Assembly (NCBI GenBank): GCA_051362555.1 | Contig: CM120644.1 | Location: 70,954 to 134,953, forward strand | Length of the DNA: 64,000 bases | Direction of reading: 5' to 3' | DNA from: Lingula anatina | Lineage: Eukaryota; Animalia; Brachiopoda | Shown: positions 38,101-51,130 of the stretch, in pieces | Layout of the letters: each line of letters begins with the position of its first letter | How positions within the stretch are numbered: the first letter of the stretch is position 1 | Translations under genes and position numbers: made by a program | The notes under the pieces: generated by a model | The model's database searches: none | Seen by the model: only the letters and a program-made list of their open reading frames with translations | What the model was told of the DNA's origin: nothing

Positions 38101-41100
38101 CCAGCCTGTTCTCCTCAAACTCTGTGTCAGGACTCACACCCTGCCCATACACCATAAGCAGGTGAGGGTGAACTCTGAAAACAATTGAAAGAGTTTTAAA
38201 ATTTGCCAATTTTATTCAGGTCACAATAATAATAAACCACAAATAAAATGTTGGCTTGTCTTGATCACAGTAGCCATTGTGCTGCCATCTGGTAGTCCAC
38301 ACAGGCATTGTTCTGATAAAAAAATGCTTTAAACACAAATTTAAAATGGTTTCAGTGATAATTCTATAAGGCCAATTCTAGCTGGATGTGATCTATCAAG
38401 AGAATAAGTTTTCTCTCTCATGGGGAGAAAGGAACCTCTGCCATTGGAGCTACAAAGCACTGCTAACCCTTTCAAAAGGAAACAATCAAGATAAGCCAGG
38501 CTGGCCCTCGTGCTATTAGACCAAACAAGTGACAGAAATGATAGACAAGAAGCCATCAGTGACACCCACCTGAAGTCCAAGTCCAACTGCTCTCTTAGTT
38601 CATTGTCCACATTCCAAACACTGGTCATCTTCCTGGTCTCCTTGATCCTGGCTTTCTCCTCTTTCTCTCTCTGCTTCTTCCTGTACTTCTCCATGTTGAC
38701 CTCATATTTAGAGGGACGGTAGGAAGGGGCAGAGCTGGCCTGGCGAGGAACCTCAACCTGAAACGTAGCAATTGAAAGATGTTAATAAAAATTTTGTGAG
38801 AAACTATATGCAGTAGAATACTTCAGGCCTATACACAGGGGACATTCCACCTTTAGCAATTCCACTGTATTCATTCTGTACTGTGAGGTTAACCATGTAA
38901 GCACATTACAGAGGGCAGCGGTGGTTTTCCCCCAAGTTTGCCTGAAACTTTAAAATGCAGTAGAAATATGATGGACTATCAGTAAAGCATCAGTAAATGG
39001 AAACTAGCTTTGGTTAAAATAATCATGCCATGCCCAGTACTCCATTTAGGAGATCACGCTACATAACAGCCGGTCAATCAAATGGTCAGTCCCTTAAAAC
39101 AGAATGCTTAAGACGAAAGGCTTTAGATAGCACAATCCACGTGAACTATTTTTAACAACTCACATTGGATCCATCCAGAGAAACATTAGCACTGCTGGGT
39201 TTTGACCTTGACCTTGTAGTTGAGACACTTCCATCTCCTAACGACTCTGCATCTTCATCACTATCCACAGGAATATCTTCCACATCTTCCACATCCTGGT
39301 CACTATGGTCGTCATGGAGATCATCCACCACATTCATCTGTTCACTGATAGGTGCCAGCCTGGTAGACTGCGTGCTCTTACGTAGCACTTCGTACTCCAA
39401 GTCGTCGTAGTCATGGTCTGTGTGCTTCCATGTAGCCCCCATACGAGGACGGAACTTGACCTCCTTTACACGGTAGCATTCAACGAATGGGAAGTCAAGC
39501 TGGAAATAGTTGACATGTTCAATAAGGCTACATGTGTACTGAGCACTGGTGCTACGTGTCTGGTAGTGATGATGTGACAAGATTTTGGGCCAGGCACCAA
39601 GACAGCTATAGGCAAAAGCAGAGTTTTAAGTCATTCTGACTTGAAAATAAATGAAAGATTTTTGCTGTTATCACAATAGGCTGAAATAAGATGTCCACTA
39701 CTTATTTTTACAAGTTCTAAATGGCTAAATATAAGGTTTATTTAGCCAATCAAATCTATAAAATAAACAATCTGGAATAAAATGCTTTTGTAAAAGCGTC
39801 CTTGTATTAAAAAAAGCACATAAGCTATGTCAGTAAAAAAGTTTAAGACTTACTATTAAAAAGGAACACGGCCAAAAGCTGCATTCAAAATTTTATCGTT
39901 TACTACCTTTAAAAAATTATAGCCTGGAGTTGCCTGTAAATAAAATTGAAAAAGATATGCGCAGGATGGAAACTGTTACTCGTGACAGACACCGTTTTAT
40001 TTGCTACCCTCTCAAGAGAGCAATATTCGTAAGATCTGTCCCAATCACATCACTTTCTTCTTAATTAACTGACCTGGTTCTTTGGGCCTCCATGTCGCTT
40101 AAGGTATCGCAGGAACTCTTTTCTCTCCACATTCCTGACCAGCACCAAGTCTGCGCAGCCGTCTGCGAGATGGGTGTATTTGCACAGTCCCATAGGTGCC
40201 CACTCACACAGTGCAGGGACTGTGAACAGACACACACTCAGATAGGCACCTTTAGTAGAGTGCCAGGGACTCTCTTTGGTGAGATCTAATAGTAATAAAC
40301 AGATAATACATCAAATAACTACTAAAATTTTGAATCATATAAGAAAAATAAGACATGTTCTATTCATAAATTAAATAAAATAAAATCTTGCTATATACTT
40401 TAATCAAATGAAATTATATATTAATTCAGACACCTGTTATTGGGCTACCTGTCATTGAGACAGCCAAATATAGATTGAACTAAGGAACTATTCCGAGACC
40501 CTATTGTACTAACTTTGGATCAATCTATCTCAGAGGGGATTCTCGCTAAATTCCTATCAACTAAAGTGATTTAAATGTCTGTCACGCCCATTGAAGCTGC
40601 TAGGGGGTAATTGAATATTGTTTAGCAGCTTAAGTAGGCATGCCAGACATCTTAGCTACTTAAGCTACAAGCAATTTAGCAAGAAACCCCTTGGACTAAT
40701 CCTGTTAGACCGATCTTGGTATGGGAACCCAGTGTTACTCACCTATTATTGTGCTACTAGTCCCAGAGACAGCTAGAGGGTCATATTCATGCAGAGAGTC
40801 TGTATAAACACTACCTCTTGGACTGGAGGCTGTGGTACCTAGACATATAGAACACCTGGAATAGACCAGTGAACTCAGTTCAATACCAGTACCTCTAGGA
40901 CTGGAGGCTCTGGCACCTAGACATATAGAACACCTGGAATAGACCAGTGAACTCAGTTCAATACCACTACCTCTACGACTGGAGGCTGTGGTACCTAGAC
41001 ATATAGAACACCTGGAATAGACCAGTGAACTCAGTTCAATACCACTACCTCTAGGACTGGAGGGTGTGGTACCTAGACATATAGAACACCTGGAATAGAC

Positions 41101-44100
41101 CAGTGAACTCAGTTCAATACCACTACCTCTAGGACTGGAGGGTGTGGTACCTAGACATACAGAACACCTGTTCTTTTGTGTTTGTGATAAATGTGATAAG
41201 AGGTGTTAGATATATATCTATATCTTACCCTGTTTCTTTGTGTTTGTGATAAATGTGATAAGAGATGTTAGATATCTATATCTTACCCTGTTCCTTTGTG
41301 TTTGTGATAAATGTGATAAGAGGTGTTAGATAGATTCCTGTATCTTACCCTCTTCCTTTGTGTTTGTGATGAATGTGATAAGAGATATTAGATATATTTC
41401 TATATCTTACCCTCTTCCTTTGTGTTTGTGATAAATGTGATAAGAGGTGTTAGATATCTATATCTTACCCTGTTCCTTTGTGTTTGTGATAAATGTGATA
41501 AGAGATATTAGATATATATCTATATCTTACCCTCTTCCTTTGTGTTTGTGATAAATGCGATAAGAGATGTTAGATATCTATATCTTACCCTGTTCCTTTG
41601 TGTTTGTGATAAATGTAATAAGAGATTTTAGATAGATTCCTGTATCTTACCCTCTTCCTTTGTGTTTGTGATGAATGTGATAAGAGATATTAGATATATT
41701 TCTATATCTTACCGTCTTCCTTTGTGTTTGTGATAAATGTGATAAGAGATGTTAGATATCTATATTTTACCCTGTTCCTTTGTGTTTGTGATAAATGTGA
41801 TAAGAGATGTTAGATATCTATATCTTACCCTCCTCCTTTGTGTTTGTGATAAATGTGATAAGAGGTGTTAGATAAATATCTATATCTTATCCTCTTCCTT
41901 TGTGTTTGTGATAAATGTGATAAGAGATGTTAGATATATATCTATATCTTACCCTCTTCCTTTGTTTGTGATAAATGTGATAAGAGATGTTAGATATCTA
42001 TATTTTACCCTGTTCCTTTGTGTTTGTGATAAATGTGATAAGAGATGTTAGATATCTATATCTTACCCTCCTCCTTTGTGATAAATGTGATAAGAGGTGT
42101 TAGATAAATATCTATATCTTATCCTCTTCCTTTGTGTTTGTGATAAATGTGATAAGAGATGTTAGATATATATCTATATCTTACCCTCTTCCTTTGTTTG
42201 TGATAAATGTGATAAGAGATGTTAGATATCTATATCTTACCCTCCTCCTTTGTGTTTGTGATAAATGTGATAAGAGGTGTTAGATAAATATCTGTATCTT
42301 ATCCTCTTCCTTTGTGTTTGTGATAAATGTGATAAGAAATGTTAGATAGATATCTGTATCTTACCCTGTTGTACATGGAGTACCATCCTTGGGATGACTG
42401 GTGGCTGCATTAGGACTAGGAATAAACTGGATCTCACAGTCATATGGTCTGGAATTATACAGAACACAGTGGAATATCAATGGAAGACTGGCTGTGCTAA
42501 GTATGGTTGTGTTGGATATTCAACTGTGTTAAGTGTGACTGGCTGCGCTCAGTGAGGTTGTGCTGGATATTGAACTGTGTTAAGTGTGACTGGCTGTGCT
42601 CAGTGTGGCTGTGTTGGATATTCAACTGTGTTAGATGTGACTGGCTGCACTCAGTGTGGTTGTGTTGGATATTGAACTGTGTTAGGTGTGACTGGCTGTG
42701 CTCAGTGTGGCTGTGTTGGATATTCAACTGTGTTAGATGTGACTGGCTGTGCTCAGTGAGGTTGTGCTGGATATTCAACTGTGTTAGGTGTGACTGGCTG
42801 TGCTCAGTGTGGTTGTGTTGGATATTAAACTGTGTTACGTGTGACTGGCTGTGCTCAGTGTGGTTGTATTGTATATTCAACTGTGTTAGACGTGACTGGC
42901 TGTGCTCAGTGTGGTTGTGTTGGATATTGAACTGTGTTAGGTGTGACTGGTTGTGCTCAGTGTGGTTGTGTTGGATATTCAACTGTGTTAGACGTGACTG
43001 GCTGCACTCAGTGTGGTTGTGTTGGATAATCAACTGTGTTAGGTGTGACTGGCTGTGCAAATATGGTTGTGTTGGATATTCAACTATGTTAGGTGTGACT
43101 GGCTGTGCTCATTATGGTTGTGTTGGATATTCTGCTGTGTTAGATGTGACTGGCAGTGCTCAGTGTGGTTGTATTGTATATTCAACTGTGTTAGACGTGA
43201 CTGGCTGTGCTCAGTGTGGTTGTGTTGGATATTGAACTGTGTTAGGTGTGACTGGTTGTGCTCAGTGTGGTTGTGTTGGATATTCAACTGTGTTAGACGT
43301 GACTGGCTGCACTCAGTGTGGTTGTGTTGGATAATCAACTGTGTTAGGTGTGACTGGCTGTGCAAATATGGTTGTGTTGGATATTCAACTATGTTAGGTG
43401 TGACTGGCAGTGCTCAGTATGGTTGTGTTGGATATTCTGCTGTGTTAGATGTGACTGGCAGTGCTCAGTATGGTTGTGTTGGATATTCTGCTGTGTTAGA
43501 TGTGACTGGCAGTGCTCAGTATGGTTGTGTTGGATATTCTGCTGTGTTAGATGTGACTGGCAGTGCTCAGTATGGTTGTGTTGGATATTCACCTGTGTAA
43601 GATGTGACAGGTTTAGTTTAAGATGTGGTTGTTTTAGCTGTAATTGTGTTCGGTATTACTGTTTTAGTTCTTAATGTGTTAGATGTGACCATTGTACTTG
43701 TAACTGAGGCAGATGTGACTGCTTTAGCTGTAACTGTATTAATTGTTACTATTTTAGGAAATAGGTTTGGGGTGAGTGTCTTAGCTGTTTATGTGTTACA
43801 TGTGACTGTTTTAGTTGTTTGTGTAACATGTGACTGTTTTAAGTTGTAGCTGTGTTAGATGTGATTGTTTTAGTTGTAATAGTGTTACATGTGACTGTTT
43901 TAGTTGTTTATGTGTTACATGTGATTGTTTTAGTTGTAGCTGTGTTACATGCGATTATTTTAGTTGTAGCTGTTAGATGCGATTGTTTTAGTTGTAACTG
44001 TGTTAGATGTGATTGTTTTAGTTGTAGCTGTGTTAGATGTGATTGTTCTAGTTGTAGCTGTGTTAGATGTGATTGTTTTAGTTGTAGCTGTGTAAGATGT

Positions 44101-47100
44101 GATTGTTCTAGTTGTAGCTGTGTAAGATGTGATTGTTTTAGTAGTAATTGTGTTAGATGTGATTGTTTTAGTAGTAATTGTGTTAGGTGTGATTGTTTTT
44201 GTTGTAACTGTGTTAGATGTGATTGTTTTAGTTGTAATTGTGTTAGATGTGATTGTTTTAGTAGTAATTGTGTTAGGTGTGATTGTTTTAGTTGTAACTG
44301 TGTTAGATGTGATTGTTTTAGTAGTAATTGTGCTAGATGTGATTGTTTTAGTTGTAATTGTGTTAGATGTGATTGTTTTAGTAGTAATTGTGTGAGGTGT
44401 GTCTGTGTTAGCAAATGTTCAGAATGAGATCACTATAAAGAGGCATTAGCACAAGCACCAGCAAAGTTTTTAGACAGTGCAAAATGTAAATCTATACTTC
44501 ATTAAAGGTCAGCTTATAATTCAATTGAGTAAAAGTAATTAACTTAAGCAATCTGAACATTCAAGAGAGGACCACAACTGCAGTAACTTCCCCTCCAGCA
44601 AAGGGCTACAGAATAACAATGATATAGCTTTGAAAGTGTATTGCCAAAGCCCATTTAACCTGTTTATTAAGTGATACGAAGGTAACATTATCCTCTGCTA
44701 AGTAACTTACTTTAATTTTGATTTTGTCAGAGCTTTTAGAAAAGCTGCATCTATTCTTTTGCTTCCCAGTTTCCTGTATCGCTGGGAAAAATCCAAGATA
44801 TTCCCGGCAAACCCGTACTGGGAGTTGAAGGCCCATTGATAGAACTTGTCATTGCTGTATACTGCACATATGTCAAGGGGGGTTGTATTTCCTGGAAAAT
44901 CAGATATACATGGCAGGTTATACAATGTGTAATATAAAATATCAGATATACATGGCAGGTTATACAATGTGTAATATAAAATATCAGATATACAGGACAG
45001 GTTATACAATGTGTCATATAAAATATCAGATATACAGGGCAGGTTATACAATGTGTCATATAAAATATCAGATATACAGGGCAGGTTATTCAATGTGTAA
45101 TATAAAATATCAGATATACAGGGCAGGTTATACAATGTGTAATATAAAATATCAGATATACAGGGCAGGTTATACAATGTGTCATATAAAATATCAAATA
45201 TATACAGGGCAGGTTATATAATGTGTCATATAAAATATCAGATATACAAAGCAGGTTATACAATGTGTCATATAAAATATCAAATACATACAGGGCAGGT
45301 TATATAATGTGTCATATAAAATATCAGATATACAGAGCAGGTTATACAATGTGTCATATAAAATATCAGATATACAGGGCAGGTTATTCAATGTGTCATA
45401 TAAAATATCAGATATACAGGGCAGGTTATACAATGTGTCATATAAAATATCAGATATACAGGGCAGGTTATACAATGTGTCATATAAAATATCAGATATA
45501 CAGGGCAGGTTATACAATGTATCATATAAAATATCAGATATACAGGGCAGGTTATACAATGTATCATATAAAATATCAGATATACAGGGCAGGTTATACA
45601 ATGTGTCATATAAAATATCAGATATACAGGGCAGGTTATCAATGTGTCATATAAAATATCAGATATACAGGGCAGGTTATAAAATGTATCATATAAAATA
45701 TATGATATACAGGGCAGGTTATACAATGTGTCTTTGGTCTTTGGGTCAACACCACTTTACTTACTTACCATATAAAATATGGTACATTGCAGTCACCGGG
45801 TCATCTATCCCCAAAACTGAGTGTGCTATATGGTTGGTTGTCCCTGGAATATATAGATCCAATATTATCAAGATTAAATAAGAAGTTTGTTTTTGAACTT
45901 TATGGATTAGTTAAACTTTGATAAATTCAATTCAATATCAAAGTAACAGTAAAACATAATTTAGCTTGTCTTTGACTATGCCATCGAACGTCTAGCAGTC
46001 AATAAATTTCAGTTACATTCAAAGATATTAAAACACAATACCATGAAAATTGTATGTTCTTTCAATTTTTTGTTGATTAAACTCTCATTTACTGAGTTTT
46101 AGTTGGGCTTTGCTGACTACCTTAGAGTTTAGGCAGTTCCAGTAGAAGTTGACTAGCTGCTAAGCTGCTAAGAAAAACATACCTGGCAACAAAGATTATA
46201 GTAAGAAAGCCGACAAATGATTTTTTGTGAATCAGGGTATTTAATATATAAATCTACACTGTTGTATCATACCTATAGGAACAATGCCAAAGGGTAAACA
46301 AGCCTTGGCTGGGTTGACACCAGGCTTTAAATCAATCCCTTCTTCTGTCTGTGACCTCCGCAATAAACCATTGACCACTTCACTGACTGTGCCATCACCA
46401 CCCATGGCTATAACACTGAAAAAATAACACTAAGATATATAACAATAACACTGGGATATATCACTATAACACTAAGATAAATAACAATAAACGATTGTCC
46501 ACTTCACTGACTGTGCCCTCACCACCCATGGCTATAACACTGAAACAATAACACTGGGATATATAACAATAAACCATTGTCCACCTCACTGACTGTGCCA
46601 TCACCACCCATGGCTATAACACTGAAACAATAACACTAAGATATATAACAATAACACTGGGATATATCACTATAACACTAAGATATATAACAATAAACCA
46701 TTATCCACTTCACTGACTGTGCCATCACCACCCACGGCTATAACACTGAAACAATAACACTGGTATATATAACAATAACACTGGTATATATAACAATAAC
46801 ACTGGGATATTTTACTATGACACTGGGATATATAACACTGGAATGTATAACTATAACACTGGGATGTATAACTATAACACTGGGATGTATAACTATAACA
46901 ATGGGATATATAACTATAACACTGGGATATATAACACTGGAATGTATAACTATAACACTGGGATATATAACTATAACACTGGGATATATAACACTGGAAT
47001 GTATAACTATAACACTGGGATGTATAACTATAACACTGGGATACATAACACTGGAATGTATAACTATAACACTGGGATGTATAACTATAACACTGGGATA

Positions 47101-47264
47101 CATAACACCGGGATGTATAACCATAACTCCGGGATGTATAACTATAACACTGGGATACATAATACCGGGATGTATATCCATAACACCGGGATGTATAACT
47201 ATAACACTGGACCAATTACACTGGGATATATAACTTTAGCACTGGGATAAATCACTATGACACT

Positions 47265-47349
<85 letters not shown>

Positions 47350-50300
47350 CTAGGGCATATAAAATTAATACTGGGACAAATAACTATAAAACTGGGATAT
47401 ATAACACTGGGATGTACAACTATAACACTGGGATGTATATTGTAACACTGGGATGTATAACTATAAAACTGGAATAATAACACTGGGATGTATAACATTA
47501 AGAGTGGACAGATTTGCATGGTAATGAACTGGAGGTACTTAAACTGCTTAACAAGTTTCATATTTTTATCTCATTTATTAAATTGTACTGTGGTGGGTCT
47601 GTTTTATTATTATTTTTACACTACCATGCATTTCTGTACTATATAAGTTAGAATTCTCAATGTGTCTTGTTTTCAAAACTTGTATTAAAACAGTTATGCC
47701 TTTGTGCTTTGGTCACCTCACTACTAAGACCACCAAACTTCAGGTCAAATATAGCAGTGAGGTGACCTCAGCCAAAATCAATAATAGTATAATATACACT
47801 AAATGGATGAAATGATACCTAATGTATAATTAAAAACAGACAGTATAGAATAAAATGATGTATATTGTATGTAATATGCACTACAAGGATGAAATGACAT
47901 ACATTATAATTATTATTTAAAATGCTCACCAGTCATAACTGTCCAACTCAAGATGAACCATCTCCTGTTTTATCTGTTCTTTGTGATAAATCTCTGAAGA
48001 TAGATAATAATATTTCATAATAAATAATAATTATCAAAATATTTTAAAATATGTTCAGACAACTACCTTTGGCTTACATATCTAACATATATGAAACGAA
48101 GTGAGGACTCCAGACATGAAGGTACACTGGGAGGACAATATGAAAACAGTATTCCATGGTGACCTCAGTACTAGAAGGGTAACTGAACTCCATGGTGACC
48201 TCAGTACTAGAAGGGTAACTGAACTCTATGGTGACCTCAGTACTAGAAGGGTAACTGAACTCTATGGTGACCATGGTATTAGAAGGGTAACTGAACTCTA
48301 TGGTGACCTCAGTACTAGTACTAGAAGGGTAACTGAACTCTATGGTGACCTCAGTACTAGAAGGGTAACTGAACTCTATGGTGACCTCGGTACTAGAAGG
48401 GTAACTGAACTCTATGGTGACCATGGTATTAGAAGGGTAACTGAACTCTATGGTGACCTCAGTACTAGACGGGTAACTGAACTCTATGGTGACCTCAGTA
48501 CTAGAAGGGTAACTGAACTCTATGGTGACCTCAGTACTAGAAGGGAAACTGAACTCTATGGTGACCTATATACTAGAAGGGTAACTGAACTCTATGGTGA
48601 CCTCAGAGCTAGAAGGGCCACTGACATCTATGGTGACCCCAATAAACTCACTGAACTCTATGGTGACCTCAGTACTAGAAGGGTAACTGAACTCTATGGT
48701 GACCATGGTATTAGAAGGGTAACTGAACTCTATGGTGACCTCAGTACTAGAAGGGTAACTGAACTCTATGGTGACCTCGGTACTAGAAGGGTAACTGAAC
48801 TCTATGGTGACCATGGTATTAGAAGGGTAACTGAACTCTATGGTGACCTCAGTACTAGACGGGTAACTGAACTCTATGGTGACCTCAGTACTAGAAGGGT
48901 AACTGAACTCTATGGTGACCTCAGTACTAGAAGGGAAACTGAACTCTATGGTGACCTATATACTAGAAGGGTAACTGAACTCTATGATGACCTCAGAGCT
49001 AGAAGGGCAACTGACATCTATGGTGACCCCAATAAACTCACTGAACTTTATGGTGACCTGAATAAGCTGACTGAACTCTGGACAAATTTTTGCTTTCATA
49101 GTTAAGCCTCTTTCACAAAGTCTTCTAATTTTAACTATGAGTTTTATTCTCAGTGGTGGCAATAGCCTATCTATATACATTATGTCAACTACATGCAATG
49201 AGGCCTATATTGCTCTTGAAATGCCTTTACACCAACATTGCCAAGTAAACTTTACAAAGTTGCCTAAACATACTGGTATGATCTTGTACAACAGAACCCC
49301 GACTCCATGCCACCAGGCTCTCAAATCTCCCTCTTATCTTTCTCCTGCATATCTTTCAACTTATCCAAACAGCTTTTGTTTGTTTGTAAATATGAAAGTC
49401 AGCAATTCCAAATAATCTTTCAGCTGGGCAAACAAACCAATTAACAGGTGGAATACTCTTTAATAATAGAGTAAACAGAGAGTTCGCAAACCAAACCCCT
49501 TTTCGGAGACCTTCTTAGTAGTAAACAGATTGTGCAAATATAATGATTATCTTTTCATTGCTTGATAAAAATCAAAATAAGTAAATTAGGTTCCATCTGA
49601 ACTTCAAAAACAAAATGCCTCCATGACATATTAATAACCAACAACAGTCTTAATACATTTGATGTGTACACAAGCTGACAGATAGTGGGAGAGATAGCGG
49701 GAGAGATGGAGGGAAAGGAGAAGAGAAGGGAGAGGAAGAGAAAGAGGTGAAGTCAGAGATGGGGTAGAGGATCAAGGAAGGAAAAGTGATCAAAGGAAGC
49801 AAGAACCCTTTAACTTGACCTACCTTTGACATCTGATTTGGTCTTGGCAAGCAAGAGCATTGGGCAGATTTTCTCTCTGAACACTTTCCTTCCCACTCTC
49901 AGGCCAGCAAAGGGCTGCAAGAACATCTTTATCCTCTTGGGGCGTCTCACATAACCTGGTTACAATAATTACATCAGAAGTCAAGCACATTAGGCTTTCG
50001 ATAACTAAAAATAATAAGTCATGGTCATATTAATACAGTTTTTTTTTTATTAAGTTTCAAAAAATCCACTTTGATAGTAATTACCTACTGAAAATATACC
50101 AAATGAATGAAAGATGATAAGAAACAACCCACAATATAAAGGACAGACAGACAAAGCCAGACAGAGGGACATTAGTTCACCTACCTTCTAACACCTGTTC
50201 TATCCTGTTGGCCCAAGTGTGACAGATATCTTCACTGGGATGTCCCAACAGTATCACACGCTCACGCAGCTTGTTACTGTCTTTCTTCTCATAAGTAAAC

Positions 50301-51130
50301 AGTGCCACTCCCTGACACACACCCTGTGATGGACCGCGGGTAACATTTTTTTGCCGTTGGATTTTCACCACCAACACATCCTGGAGGAGCAGGTAGCCAG
50401 AGCTTCGATCTGACTTCACTGGCCCTGTGTCCAACTTTTTCTTCTTTGACTTCTTTTTTTCAACTTTAAATTAAAAAAAAATACACTGTGTATCTTAAAA
50501 CAAGTACTTAATAGTCTCTCATTTATGTTCCTGTATAGGAGTGATAAATGTGTTTATTTTGTGCTAGAATGACAGGTGTTTTAGGAGGTCACATCTTGAG
50601 GAGGTAATAGGTAAGCAGAATTTAGAGACCCCCCCCCCCCCCGCACTGCAGCGGATGCACCAGCTGGTGGCCATTTAATTCAAACTTATTTTATGTGCAC
50701 CTCTATCTTTCATGGGTTAGATATCAGAGGCCATAAATATGATATTAGATATCAGAAACCATAAATAGGAATGTTAACGTGAAAATTAAACGTAATCACG
50801 GTTATGCAATTACTTAGTAAAAAAAATGTGACCGAGTTTTTCACTTCCTCTAAATACATGAACAAATCTTAAAATACTGATTACTGAAGGATATGGTTTA
50901 AATGTATGCTCTAAAGAAGTTAAAGCGTTCTTACTTTTCCCGGCACCTAGAGGCACCCATGTCACCCGGCTGTCTGTCAACACGACGTCACAGCTCACCT
51001 CTTCCACACAGAAAATACCCTTTAAGTCGTCCTCTGGTGCTCGTCGGGCGCTCGCTTCTACTCCCCGATCCTTCTGAGAGTAATTGATCTTCTCTGACGC
51101 CGTGGCCAGGTATTCCTCCGTAACATCCAT
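38081..51130 (-). CDS. CERKL: Ceramide kinase / ceramide kinase-like (DAGK catalytic family), complete 13-exon gene
   Basis: Exons 51130-50935, 50463-50185, 49955-49824, 47993-47930, 46415-46273, 45843-45769, 44891-44711, 42448-42365, 40855-40743, 40285-40074, 39499-39164, 38757-38570, 38174-38081; all GT-AG and phase-consistent. Motifs RPKRIKMFLQPFAG, DCVIAMGGDGTVSEV, LPFGIVPIGTTNHIAHS, CTTGCSIC, HLADGCADLVLVR, NQLDFPFVECYRVKEV, RVHPHLL. CERK versus CERKL orthology needs a tree. Confidence 0.88.
40810..41170. repeat. 78-bp tandem repeat x5 = intron tail + acceptor + head of CERKL exon 9, in frame
   Basis: Minus-strand unit GTGTTCTATATGTCTAGGTACCACACCCTCCAGTCCTAGAGGTAGTGGTATTGAACTGAGTTCACTGGTCTATTCCAG; exon-head starts at 41167, 41089, 41011, 40933, 40855. 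Confidence 0.93.
41168..42368. repeat. ~58-62 bp minisatellite (~20 copies) containing the exon 8 donor site
   Basis: Minus-strand unit (c/g)agg|gtaagatatagata..tctaacatctcttatcacatttatcacaaacacaaaggaa; the true donor ACAGG|gtaaga at 42365 is the terminal copy. Confidence 0.93.
42487..43610. repeat. 51-bp intronic minisatellite (~22 copies)
   Basis: gactggctgtgctcagtgtggttgtgttggatattcaactgtgttagatgt; a ~305-bp higher-order duplication is visible. Confidence 0.92.
43610..44400. repeat. 30-bp intronic minisatellite sharing a core with the 51-bp array
   Basis: gattgttttagttgtaactgtgttagatgt; degenerate over 43610-43850, regular thereafter. Confidence 0.9.
44896..45731. repeat. 42-bp minisatellite (~20 copies) filling almost all of CERKL intron 6 up to the acceptor
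   Basis: aaaatatcagatatacagggcaggttatacaatgtgtcatat; the last copy merges into tatatctgattttccag|G at 44891. Confidence 0.92.
46416..47495. repeat. Three extra copies of acceptor + GGDG exon head, followed by a 15-21 bp array of cccag|tgttatag and a (TA)n tract
   Basis: Exon-head copies at 46485-46539, 46567-46621, 46691-46745; unit ataacactgggatgtataact; (TA)n at 47268-47346. Confidence 0.9.
48154..49078. repeat. 36-bp intronic minisatellite (~25 copies) with 390-bp higher-order duplication
   Basis: ctatggtgacctcagtactagaagggtaactgaact; a diagnostic variant block recurs at 48565 and 48955. Confidence 0.92.

Noticed and set aside
47975-47992. Similarity of exon 4 sequence ATTTATCACAAAGAACAG to the 60-bp donor repeat
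   Set aside because: A short, AT-rich, gapped match; chance cannot be excluded.
42497-49198. Repetitive ORFs (Cys/Trp-, His/Gln-, Tyr-rich and LYGDLSTRRVTE)
   Set aside because: These are translations of intronic minisatellites whose unit lengths are multiples of three, lying inside CERKL introns.
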